A stretch of DNA of 47,365 nt from Eubacteriales bacterium (GTDB taxonomy: Bacteria; Bacillota; Clostridia; Oscillospirales; CAG-272), in NCBI GenBank assembly GCA_045576195.1, contig JAZNFZ010000016.1, positions 1 through 47,365 of the forward strand, read 5' to 3'. Position 1 is the stretch's first letter; each line of letters begins with the position of its first letter. The notes under the pieces were generated by a model. It was not told where the DNA came from. It made no database searches and was given only the letters and a program-made list of their open reading frames with translations. The position numbers were made by a program, and so were the translations under genes. Below, in pieces: positions 9,548-17,038 of the stretch.

Positions 9548-12500
9548 TCAACGGCTCAGCACGACCGCTGCATTGCCAAGGGCCTTGATGGTCTCCTTGA
9601 AGGCCGTGGCATTGACGCGGCCAAATTCCTCGGCTGCCTTCTGCAGGGTCACGGCATCCTCGCTGTCAAGGCCCTCCTCCATCAGGGTGATGGCATACTG
9701 CGCGGAAGCAAGGGTCGCCTCGTCCATACGGCGCGTCTCCTCCTCAAAGGCCTCCTCGACCTGTCTCATACGCTTTTGGGCAAGCGTTTCGCCAAGCTCA
9801 AGGGTCTCAAGGTGGAATTCCTGGCGCTTACGGGTGATCTCTTTGTTGATCGTTGTGATGTAGCTTTGCAGCTCGGTGATCGGGTCTGCATTATCCTCGT
9901 ATGCAGCAAGGAAAGCGAAGTTGGTATAACGGTCAATGATGTAGCTACCGGGGTAGTTGGGGATCGAAGCAAGGTTGTTGAACTGATAGGAGAGCTGACG
10001 GTACTCGGCGGTGGTCCAGGGCATCTCACGCAGCGCCTTGATGTTTGCGGTTGCATGCTTTGCGGAGGGACCGATGATGGCCACCATCTCGTTGGAGTAC
10101 TGCACCTGGAAGCTGACACCGGAATGCCACTTCATAAACTCCCAAGCGCCCGTCTCGTTGTCACAGCCGTTCATCATACAAATAGCGGAAACACCGGAGA
10201 CTGCCACATTGTTGATGTAGGAGCTGCCATCCTCGTTGATGTACTCAATTCCGGGCATGGGGTAGAACTCCCACAGGCCCTTGATCTCGGTTGCAAATAC
10301 CGTCAGGTGGTTGTAGGTGCCGTTGTAGGCGGCAAAGCCAATGGGCATCTCACCGGTACGGAAGCGGTTTGCGAAGTTGTAGCTGTAGGGGAAGGAATAC
10401 ATGGTAAAGAAGTTACACATGGTCTCAAACGCCTCAAGACCCGTGTTGGAATCCAGATTGATTCTCATACCGTCGTCGGCGAAGAGCTCGCCGCCCATCT
10501 GGTAAAGGAAGATCTTGTAGTCGGTATGCATACCGATCTGCATGTTGTTGGCCTGCAGGACCGTCACCGCCTCCAGAATGTCATCCCAGGTCTTGGGGAT
10601 CTCAATGTTGAGGTCAGCAAGGATATCCTTTCTGACGAACATCATATTGAAGGACTGGGTCTCGGGCAGACCGTAGTAGTGGAAGTCGCCGTTGGCATCG
10701 GCAATGCCAAGCACCAGCATAGCGGCCTCGTTGAACTGTGCCTCAGGCTCGCCGTTGGCATCCAGATTGACCACGGGCTTGCCGTTCTCATCATATATTG
10801 TATTGAAGTGTTCGTCCACCTCATAGTAAAGGGCAAAGTCCTTAAAGCCCGACATTTTCTCGATCGGTAGCAGAGCGCCGCGGATGGCGTAGTTGATCAC
10901 GTCTCCCTGTCCGATACCGATATAAACATCAGGGCCCATACCCGCCAGCACCGAGGGCAGCAGCGTACCGCCCGCAACCAGCTTCAGGTTGACCAGTGTT
11001 CCCTCCTCGGTGTAGTTGGGGAAGTCGTTGTTGATGAGGTTACGCAGCACCTGCGCCTGGTCACGGCCGGTTGCCAGCCACACGTCAATGGTGTGCTCAC
11101 CCTCCGCGTCCTCGGCGGTAGCGCCCATACGGTTGTAGTTACGGAAGAAGGACTGGATAAAGCTGGTGATCTCGTGCCAGAGAGCCTTGAAGAAGCCTGC
11201 CTTACCCACGGGAGCCTCTTGATCGAGAGGCTGAATGACAATGTAGTCCAGCTGCAGCGGCTGGGTCTTCACATCGCCGAGCCAGGTACCGAGAGAGCCG
11301 ATGTAGGACTTGAGCTGATCGAGGTACTTTGCGATCTCGCGCTCGTCGCTGCTCATTCTCTCCAGGAGCCAGGCAATGCGCTCCAGCGTTGCAATGTTCG
11401 AGCTCTTGCCGCCCGAGGCAGCTGCCAGCTCGGCTGCAATATTGTAAAGCTCCCGCGCTTGGATCGCCATATCGATCAGCGTGTCGGGCATCGCACGGGA
11501 GAAGCCGTAGTCACGGTACTCATCGGGGGTAGCGCCCGTCAGCTTGATGATAGAAAGGTAGTCATCGTTCACGGCGGTCAGCGCCTCGTCCACGCGGCGC
11601 ACGATGTCGCCCATGGAGCCCAGCGTGACCTGCATCATCACGGTGTACTCAACACCCGCCTCAAAATAGAACTTGAAGGGGTCCTTGCCGTTGTTAAGCA
11701 GGGTGGACTGCCAGTCGGTGCCGTAGTTGAAGCGAAGCTCAGAGGCCTCGGCAAAGGGGATCTTGCCGCCGTAATAGCCGGCGGAGCCCACCTCGGCACC
11801 CTTGCTCACAATATAAAGCGAGCGGCAGACAAACATACCGTCCAGCATATTCTGGCGGTAACGGGCAGCGATGTTATAAAGACCGCTGGAGCTCACCTTA
11901 AAGCTGTAGCGCACCCATTGGCCTGCCGTCTGCCATTTCTCGCCGCCGATGGTGTTGAGCAGCGTGCGAGAGGTATCGGTCGGCATATTGTTGGCATCAC
12001 TGCGGTCCTCAACGGGATAAATGGTCTGCGAGGAGGTAGCGCCCACATACTCTGCCTGGATCGAGACCCAATCAGAGCCGGACACCGCACCCGGGAAGCG
12101 GGAGAGGTAGCTCTCGTAGCTTTCCATATCCTTGTGGGGAACCAGCGTGATCGACTTGATGGTCATGGGCTCGTTCATTGCCTCAAGGGAAATGACCTGC
12201 TCACCGGCCTCAAACAAAAACTCAAAGGTCTCAGCATAGAAGCCGTCGGCATCACGCAGCTCATACGCGCACCACTCGGGGCACTGCGCCATGGTGGGAC
12301 GCAGCTCGTTTCTGTCAATATCCTTGGTAAGGAAGCGCACCGTGTAGGTGTTGACGTAATCGGCAAGTGCCTGCGTCCAGACCTTGGGGATCTCCAGCTG
12401 CACAAAGCTCTCCTTGAAGGTCTTACCCTTCTCGGTGACCTCCACCTCTACAATATCCGCAGAGGTAAAGCCCGCAGCAAGCGCCTCTGCGCTCAGCGTT

Positions 12501-13033
12501 TCCAGCGAGATCTTACCGTGCTCGTCCCTCACCAGCGCCTGGGTGTACTGGTTCTGCCAGACCTTGGGCAGGGTGATGTAGCGCGCCTCCGCAAAGGGAA
12601 TGGCGTTGTTGATCTTCAAAATACGCTCGATCGAGGCAACCTTGCCCTCATCGGGCCAGTACTCGATCACAATGCTGTACTTTGCCGTGGCGGGGATGTT
12701 CACCTTCCAGGAGACCGTGCCGCTGGCAGGTGTGTGCAGCGCCTCCTCGGTGCCACCCGTGGTCGTCGTCACGCGCACATCCGCATTGGTGAGGTCCTTG
12801 TCGTAATCCTTACCTGGGATCACGATCTCCTCGGTTGCACGATCAAACGCTCCGTACTTTTGGCAATACGCATCGTACGAAATCGCATTCAGCTCCTCCT
12901 TGATCTCCGCCAGGGTCTTATCCGTGGTAGAGCCCTCATCCGCGGTAGCCGCGCTTACCGAAAACGCGCCTCCCATAATGAAGGTGAAGGCAAGAACGAA
13001 CGCCAATAGTCGGTGGAATTTCGTCTTCTTCAT
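9548..13033 (-). CDS. Large (1161 aa) multidomain extracellular solute-binding protein
   Basis: Start moved from 13210 to ATG 13033 (AGGAGG RBS, signal peptide MKKTKFHRLLAFVLAFTFIMGGAFSVSAA); C-terminal family-1 SBP motifs (GMGPDV, YGLPETQSFNMMFVRKDIL...IPKTWDD, AWEFMKW); N-terminal beta-rich modules. Confidence 0.85.
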   Translation of the reverse strand: MKKTKFHRLLAFVLAFTFIMGGAFSVSAATADEGSTTDKTLAEIKEELNAISYDAYCQKYGAFDRATEEIVIPGKDYDKDLTNADVRVTTTTGGTEEALHTPASGTVSWKVNIPATAKYSIVIEYWPDEGKVASIERILKINNAIPFAEARYITLPKVWQNQYTQALVRDEHGKISLETLSAEALAAGFTSADIVEVEVTEKGKTFKESFVQLEIPKVWTQALADYVNTYTVRFLTKDIDRNELRPTMAQCPEWCAYELRDADGFYAETFEFLFEAGEQVISLEAMNEPMTIKSITLVPHKDMESYESYLSRFPGAVSGSDWVSIQAEYVGATSSQTIYPVEDRSDANNMPTDTSRTLLNTIGGEKWQTAGQWVRYSFKVSSSGLYNIAARYRQNMLDGMFVCRSLYIVSKGAEVGSAGYYGGKIPFAEASELRFNYGTDWQSTLLNNGKDPFKFYFEAGVEYTVMMQVTLGSMGDIVRRVDEALTAVNDDYLSIIKLTGATPDEYRDYGFSRAMPDTLIDMAIQARELYNIAAELAAASGGKSSNIATLERIAWLLERMSSDEREIAKYLDQLKSYIGSLGTWLGDVKTQPLQLDYIVIQPLDQEAPVGKAGFFKALWHEITSFIQSFFRNYNRMGATAEDAEGEHTIDVWLATGRDQAQVLRNLINNDFPNYTEEGTLVNLKLVAGGTLLPSVLAGMGPDVYIGIGQGDVINYAIRGALLPIEKMSGFKDFALYYEVDEHFNTIYDENGKPVVNLDANGEPEAQFNEAAMLVLGIADANGDFHYYGLPETQSFNMMFVRKDILADLNIEIPKTWDDILEAVTVLQANNMQIGMHTDYKIFLYQMGGELFADDGMRINLDSNTGLEAFETMCNFFTMYSFPYSYNFANRFRTGEMPIGFAAYNGTYNHLTVFATEIKGLWEFYPMPGIEYINEDGSSYINNVAVSGVSAICMMNGCDNETGAWEFMKWHSGVSFQVQYSNEMVAIIGPSAKHATANIKALREMPWTTAEYRQLSYQFNNLASIPNYPGSYIIDRYTNFAFLAAYEDNADPITELQSYITTINKEITRKRQEFHLETLELGETLAQKRMRQVEEAFEEETRRMDEATLASAQYAITLMEEGLDSEDAVTLQKAAEEFGRVNATAFKETIKALGNAAVVLSR

Positions 13034-13208
13034 GTTTTCCTCCTGTGTCTCCCGGTCCCGAGGCCGATTCCCCGAGGCCCTTTGTTTTTCAAGCGGTGAT
13101 GGCTCACCGCCCTCGGAATGCGCCGATCTGCAGCCGCCCCACAGGGGCAAAACGCGCAAACAAGCGCCCAAGGCGGGCACTGCTGCGCCCGCCTCGGTCG
13201 ATGGCAAC

Positions 13209-13238
13209 ATTTTACCACGAAAAAGGCACGAAAGTCAA
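13209..13238 (-). promoter_or_regulatory. Probable sigmaA promoter of the ABC operon
   Basis: On the minus strand TTGACT-N18-TAAAAT with an extended -10 TG, about 175 nt upstream of the start codon. Confidence 0.6.
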
Positions 13239-13781
13239 GGCTTTTCCAAGCAATTTTTTATTACAGCTATCGCACACGCGCGCGTTGGGAGGCACAAAAC
13301 GGCCATTTCCCCGCTCTCACCCCTTCTCCCCCCGGCGCCCCCAAAAACAGCAATTTTGGCACCTTCCGCCAAAACCGATTTTCGAATAGTAAATAAAATT
13401 TACACCGCCTTGCGGAGCGGGGTCAACAAATTCCTTTTTCGCCCCTTGTTTTTTCGCCAACTTTGTGCAGTTTTTTGCCGTTTTTTTCGTAATGTAAATA
13501 TAATTTAACACACCCTCGCCAAATTTTCCAAAATCGCCCTCGCAATTCGCCAAAATTCTCCAAGTCATTTCTGTGCAAATTGAACAAAATTGAGCACCAA
13601 TTTTCTACACCTGCCGAGCAGGCCGTTTTTCGCCTCTTTTTACAAAAAGTTAACATTTGCTCGTTTATTTTTGTTGTTTTTGTTTCAATTACACTCCTTC
13701 CACCCACTTCCCTCTTATCTCCAACGGTCGCTCTTCACCCCGCCACTATGGCGGGGGCTCATCTTGCAATGGCACCAAAAA

Positions 13782-13833
13782 AAAGGCTCCCTTGTGCAAA
13801 GGGAGCTCCGCCGCAGGCGGTGAGGGATTGTTG
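13782..13833. repeat. REP-like palindromic element, family A, copy 1
   Basis: AAAGGCTCCCTTGTGCAAAGGGAGCT, then hairpin CCGCC-GCA-GGCGG, then TGAGGGATTGTTG; the flanking blocks recur at 47233-47298. Confidence 0.75.
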
Positions 13834-13879
13834 TTCGTGGAGGGCGACAAGCAAGGCGGCTTTATGCCAAACAAAGGGG

Positions 13880-14078
13880 TGTCATTCTGAGGAGGGCAAA
13901 GCCCGACGAAGAATCTCGCAGGCGGCAAGTCGCCTGCGGACTTTACCTTCGGTGCCGAGATTCTTCGCTCCTCGACCTTCGGGTCGGAGTCGCTCAGAAT
14001 GACAGGGACAATGTGCGGCACTTCGGTGCCAAGATTCTTCGCTCTGATCTTCAGGTCAGGGTCGCTCAAGAATGACAG
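13880..14078. repeat. REP/REPIN-like nested inverted repeat, family B, with a duplicated right arm
   Basis: TGTCATTCTGAG (13880-13891) pairs with CTCAGAATGACA (13993-14004); CGAAGAATCTC (13907-13917) pairs with GAGATTCTTCG (13957-13967); the right arm 13947-14005 is repeated imperfectly at 14021-14078. Confidence 0.8.
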
Positions 14079-14100
14079 ACAGGTGTTTGAGCGGACACTA

Positions 14101-14150
14101 AAAAGGCTTCCCCTTATAGGGCAAGCTCCCGCAAAACGGGCGATGAGGTG
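14101..14150. repeat. Degenerate family-A-like palindromic element
   Basis: AAAAGGCTTCCCCTTATAGGGCAAGCT, then hairpin CCCG-CAAAA-CGGG, then TGAGG; same layout as 13782-13833. Confidence 0.5.
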
Positions 14151-14175
14151 CCTACTTACACGGCCTACGTTATAC

Positions 14176-14209
14176 AAAAAGCACACATACCAAAAGGCAT
14201 GTGTGCTTT
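14176..14209 (-). terminator. Intrinsic terminator of the XRE gene
   Basis: AAAGCACACAT/ATGTGTGCTTT inverted repeat at the stop codon, followed by a T run on the minus strand. Confidence 0.7.
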
Positions 14210-14435
14210 ATTCCTGCAGTTCCCGCTCTATTCTTTTCATCAGCTCGCTCGGCTCGATCCCCATCGCCTCCGCCAACCGAAAAAACGTCTCCAGCGTCGG
14301 CTTCCTCGCACCCCGCTCAATGGCGCTCAGGTGTGTTCTGCCAATATCGGCAAGCCCACTCACCACCTCCTGTGAAAGTCCTTTTTCCTCTCGGTAGGCT
14401 TGAATTGCCCTTCCCACCTTAGCAGGATCCAACAT
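14208..14435 (-). CDS. XRE-family helix-turn-helix transcriptional regulator (75 aa)
   Basis: REEKGLSQEVVS...IGRTHLSAIERGARKPTLETFFRLAEAMG is a classic HTH_3 pattern; GAGGTGA RBS. Confidence 0.9.
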   Translation of the reverse strand: MLDPAKVGRAIQAYREEKGLSQEVVSGLADIGRTHLSAIERGARKPTLETFFRLAEAMGIEPSELMKRIERELQE

Positions 14436-14498
14436 ACGCTCACCTCACTTTTCATTATTCATTATAAAAAGTTCTCACATGCATATTGAATACATATG

Positions 14499-14527
14499 TT
14501 GACATTCGAACACAAATGTGTTATACT
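14499..14527 (+). promoter_or_regulatory. SigmaA promoter divergent from the XRE gene, with a palindrome in the spacer
   Basis: TTGACA-N17-TATACT with extended TG; AACACA-AA-TGTGTT at 14509-14522. Confidence 0.7.
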
Positions 14528-14967
14528 GAGCAAGTCAAAAACCGTCGAGCCATGTCGGTTTATGAAACGACCCACGAGATAAGGAGGGCTAAGCGAAAAA
14601 CATGTTGACCGTATCACAGCAAGCAAAGGCAAATATACTGCCGTCCCATTTTTCACGATTGGCGCCCCCCTGCAAAAAAGCCCGTCACCCCCCGAGCCGA
14701 TTTGCCTTGGCCGTGTTCGCCCGTGGCCGACGGCATCTCCCGCCATTTCCATTCTCACACCGTTACGGCGCTAAATTTTTGGCAATTTTCGGTATTTTTT
14801 GAGAAATCAAGTACCAATAAGCAACATATATTTAAATTTGTGCACCCTTGCAAAAAATCCGCCGAATTCCCTTTGCCCGAGCGGCTTTCAAAAAAGCCTG
14901 CCGCCGTTGTTCCCTTGCCAAAAGCGCAGTTTTACAACTTTTTTCACCACTTTTATTCGCATACGGG

Positions 14968-14996
14968 TTGACATATGCGGATACGCGTGATATAAT
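14968..14996 (+). promoter_or_regulatory. Consensus sigmaA promoter of the polysaccharide operon
   Basis: Perfect TTGACA-N17-TATAAT plus extended TG. Confidence 0.85.
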
Positions 14997-15114
14997 TATA
15001 TGGTATGCAATATTAAAATATATACGTGCGCTCATACGCGCATATGCTGCGCCATCTCGCAAACGCGCAGCATCAGACGACTTCAAGCCTTTTACACCCC
15101 GAAAGGAGTTCCTT

Positions 15115-15861
15115 ATGCCTGTTACTACACCCGGCGTGCAGCCTACCCCCACCGCGGACAAGCAGGATCTGCACGAGAGCACCGTTGCCCTGCCCTCGGC
15201 ACCGCAAAAAACGCTCACACCCCCAAAGCGCCGCCACGGCTTTCGCTACGGCTGCTATCTGGCTATCAAGCGCGCCTTCGACTTTTTCAGCAGCCTTGCC
15301 GTGCTTTCCATCCTCTCCCCCGTCATTCTTCTTTGCGTTCTGATCAAATGGCTGGAGGATTTCCGCAATCCCTTCTACGTTTCAAAGCGCGTCGGCAAAA
15401 ACGGTAAGATCATCCGCTTTTACAAGATCCGCACCATGTGCCCCGACGCCGACTCCATGAAGCAAGCGCTGATCGAGCAGGGAATGAACGAGGCCGACGG
15501 CCCCGCCTTTAAGATCAAAAACGACCCCCGTATCACCCGATTCGGCAAATTTTTACGCAAGACCTCGCTCGACGAGCTGCCCCAGCTCTTCTCGATCCTG
15601 ATCGGCACCATGAGCGTGGTCGGCCCCCGTCCTCCCATCCCCCACGAGGTGGAGGAATACGATGAGGTGCAAATGCACCGCCTGGATGTCAAGGGCGGTC
15701 TGCTCTGCCTCTGGCAGATCTCCGAGAACCGCCACGACACCTCCTTTGACGAGTGGTGCGCCCTCGATTTTGAGTACATCGAAAAGCAATCGCTGCTGCT
15801 TGACCTAAAAATTATCTTCAAGGGCTTCTTTATGGTCGTTTCGGGCCGCAGCGGCGACTAA
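15115..15861 (+). CDS. Priming sugar-1-phosphate (undecaprenyl-phosphate) transferase, Bac_transf family
   Basis: Start moved to ATG 15115 after AAAGGAG; motifs KRAFD, RVGKNGK..FYKIRTM, DPRITRFGKFLRKTSLDELPQL, MSVVGPRP. Confidence 0.92.
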   Translation: MPVTTPGVQPTPTADKQDLHESTVALPSAPQKTLTPPKRRHGFRYGCYLAIKRAFDFFSSLAVLSILSPVILLCVLIKWLEDFRNPFYVSKRVGKNGKIIRFYKIRTMCPDADSMKQALIEQGMNEADGPAFKIKNDPRITRFGKFLRKTSLDELPQLFSILIGTMSVVGPRPPIPHEVEEYDEVQMHRLDVKGGLLCLWQISENRHDTSFDEWCALDFEYIEKQSLLLDLKIIFKGFFMVVSGRSGD

Positions 15862-15883
15862 ATCACATAGCGAGGATAACGCT

Positions 15884-17038
15884 TTGAGAAAAGAGAACAA
15901 TTTAGAAAAGCCGCTTCGCATCGCTATGCTCGGCCACAAGCAGATCCCCTCCCGTGAGGGTGGCATCGAGATCGTGGTCAAGGAGCTGTGTAAGCGAATG
16001 GTGAAGGAGGGGCATCACGTCACCTGCTACAACCGTTCGGGCCATCATGTAAGCGGCAAGGAATTTGATGTCAAAAAGGAAAAGGATTTTCGCGGCATTC
16101 GCCTCAAATACGTCCCTACCATCAACAAAAAAGGGCTTGCCGCCATTACCTCCTCCTTTTTTGCCGCACTGTGCTGCGCCTTCGGCCGCTATGACGTGGT
16201 GCACTTTCATGCCGAGGGCCCTTGCTTCTGGCTCTGGATTCCCAAGCTCTTCGGCAAGCGCTGCATTGCCACGGTCCACGGACTTGACCACCGCCGCGCC
16301 AAATGGGGCAGGCTCGCCAAGTGGGTCATTATGCAGGGTGAGCGGTGTGCCGCGCGCCGCGCGGATGCGATCATTGTGCTGACAAAGGCAGATCAGGACT
16401 ATTTCAGCGAGACCTACGGCAGATCCACGGTGCTGATCCCCAACGGTGCCAACATCTCCACGAAGGTCGAGGCAAACGAGATCAAAAAGGCCTATGACCT
16501 CGGAAAGGATCAATATCTGCTCTTTTTCGGCCGCATCGTTCCCGAAAAGGGTCTGCGCTATCTGGTGGAGGCGTTTGATGCCCTTCATACCGACAAAAAG
16601 CTGGTGATCGCAGGCGGTGCCAGCGACACCGAGGATTTTATGAACGAGCTGAAGGCCCTGGCGGCGCACAACGACCGCATCATTTTCACGGGCTTCGTTG
16701 AGGGAGACCTTCGCAAGGAGCTGCTCAGCAATGCCTACCTGTACGTGCTCCCCTCCGATCTTGAGGGAATGCCCCTGAGCCTGCTGGAGGCCATGAGCTA
16801 CGGCAACTGCTGCCTGACCTCCGACATCGCCGCCTGTACCGAGGTGATCGAGGATCAGGGCATCACCTTCCCCGCAGGCAACACGGGAGCGCTGACCGAG
16901 ATCCTGCAAGAGCTGTGCGACCACCCTGAGACGGTTGCGCGCTACAAGAAAGACACCGCGCAATTCGTTACGCAGAAATACAGCTGGGACGAGGTCGTAA
17001 AGAAAACACTGGCGCTTTACGGAGAGAAAAAACAATGA
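15884..17038 (+). CDS. Glycosyltransferase family 4 (N-terminus resembles WchF-type rhamnosyltransferases)
   Basis: IAMLGHKQIPSREGGIE, FFGRIVPEKG, PSDLEGMPLSLLEAMSYG (EX7E); TTG start. Confidence 0.9.
   Translation: MRKENNLEKPLRIAMLGHKQIPSREGGIEIVVKELCKRMVKEGHHVTCYNRSGHHVSGKEFDVKKEKDFRGIRLKYVPTINKKGLAAITSSFFAALCCAFGRYDVVHFHAEGPCFWLWIPKLFGKRCIATVHGLDHRRAKWGRLAKWVIMQGERCAARRADAIIVLTKADQDYFSETYGRSTVLIPNGANISTKVEANEIKKAYDLGKDQYLLFFGRIVPEKGLRYLVEAFDALHTDKKLVIAGGASDTEDFMNELKALAAHNDRIIFTGFVEGDLRKELLSNAYLYVLPSDLEGMPLSLLEAMSYGNCCLTSDIAACTEVIEDQGITFPAGNTGALTEILQELCDHPETVARYKKDTAQFVTQKYSWDEVVKKTLALYGEKKQ

Noticed and set aside
9776-13009. Long plus-strand ORFs 9776-10870 and 11093-13009 (likewise 522-1427, 7787-8593, 8457-9515)
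   Set aside because: Antisense shadows of the ABC operon genes, with no independent coding evidence.
13034-13210. Longest-ORF starts in the supplied track (13210, 14848, 42123, 43330, 44916, 46147 and others)
   Set aside because: Downstream starts have proper Shine-Dalgarno sites and signal peptides or family-typical N-termini; the extensions run through promoters or neighbouring genes.
13463-13587. Recurring YTGTGCA motif (also at 14838, 38632, 43540) as a regulator site
   Set aside because: Only 13571-13587 forms a reasonable palindrome; the others lack a consistent second half, so it cannot be separated from chance here.
13782-14150. Possible CRISPR array
   Set aside because: The repeats are mostly inverted, of unequal length and not regularly spaced, and no cas genes are in the window.
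14760-14768. CCGTTACGG recurring at 14760, 34557 and 38878 around the polysaccharide locus
   Set aside because: It also occurs inside a coding region near 6784 and is only a 9-mer hairpin cap; there are no longer shared flanks or recombinase to suggest inversion sites.
14602-14802. 66-aa ORF as a real gene
   Set aside because: The SD is far from the ATG and the sequence is Pro/Arg/Phe-rich without a domain pattern; kept only as a possible remnant in the findings.
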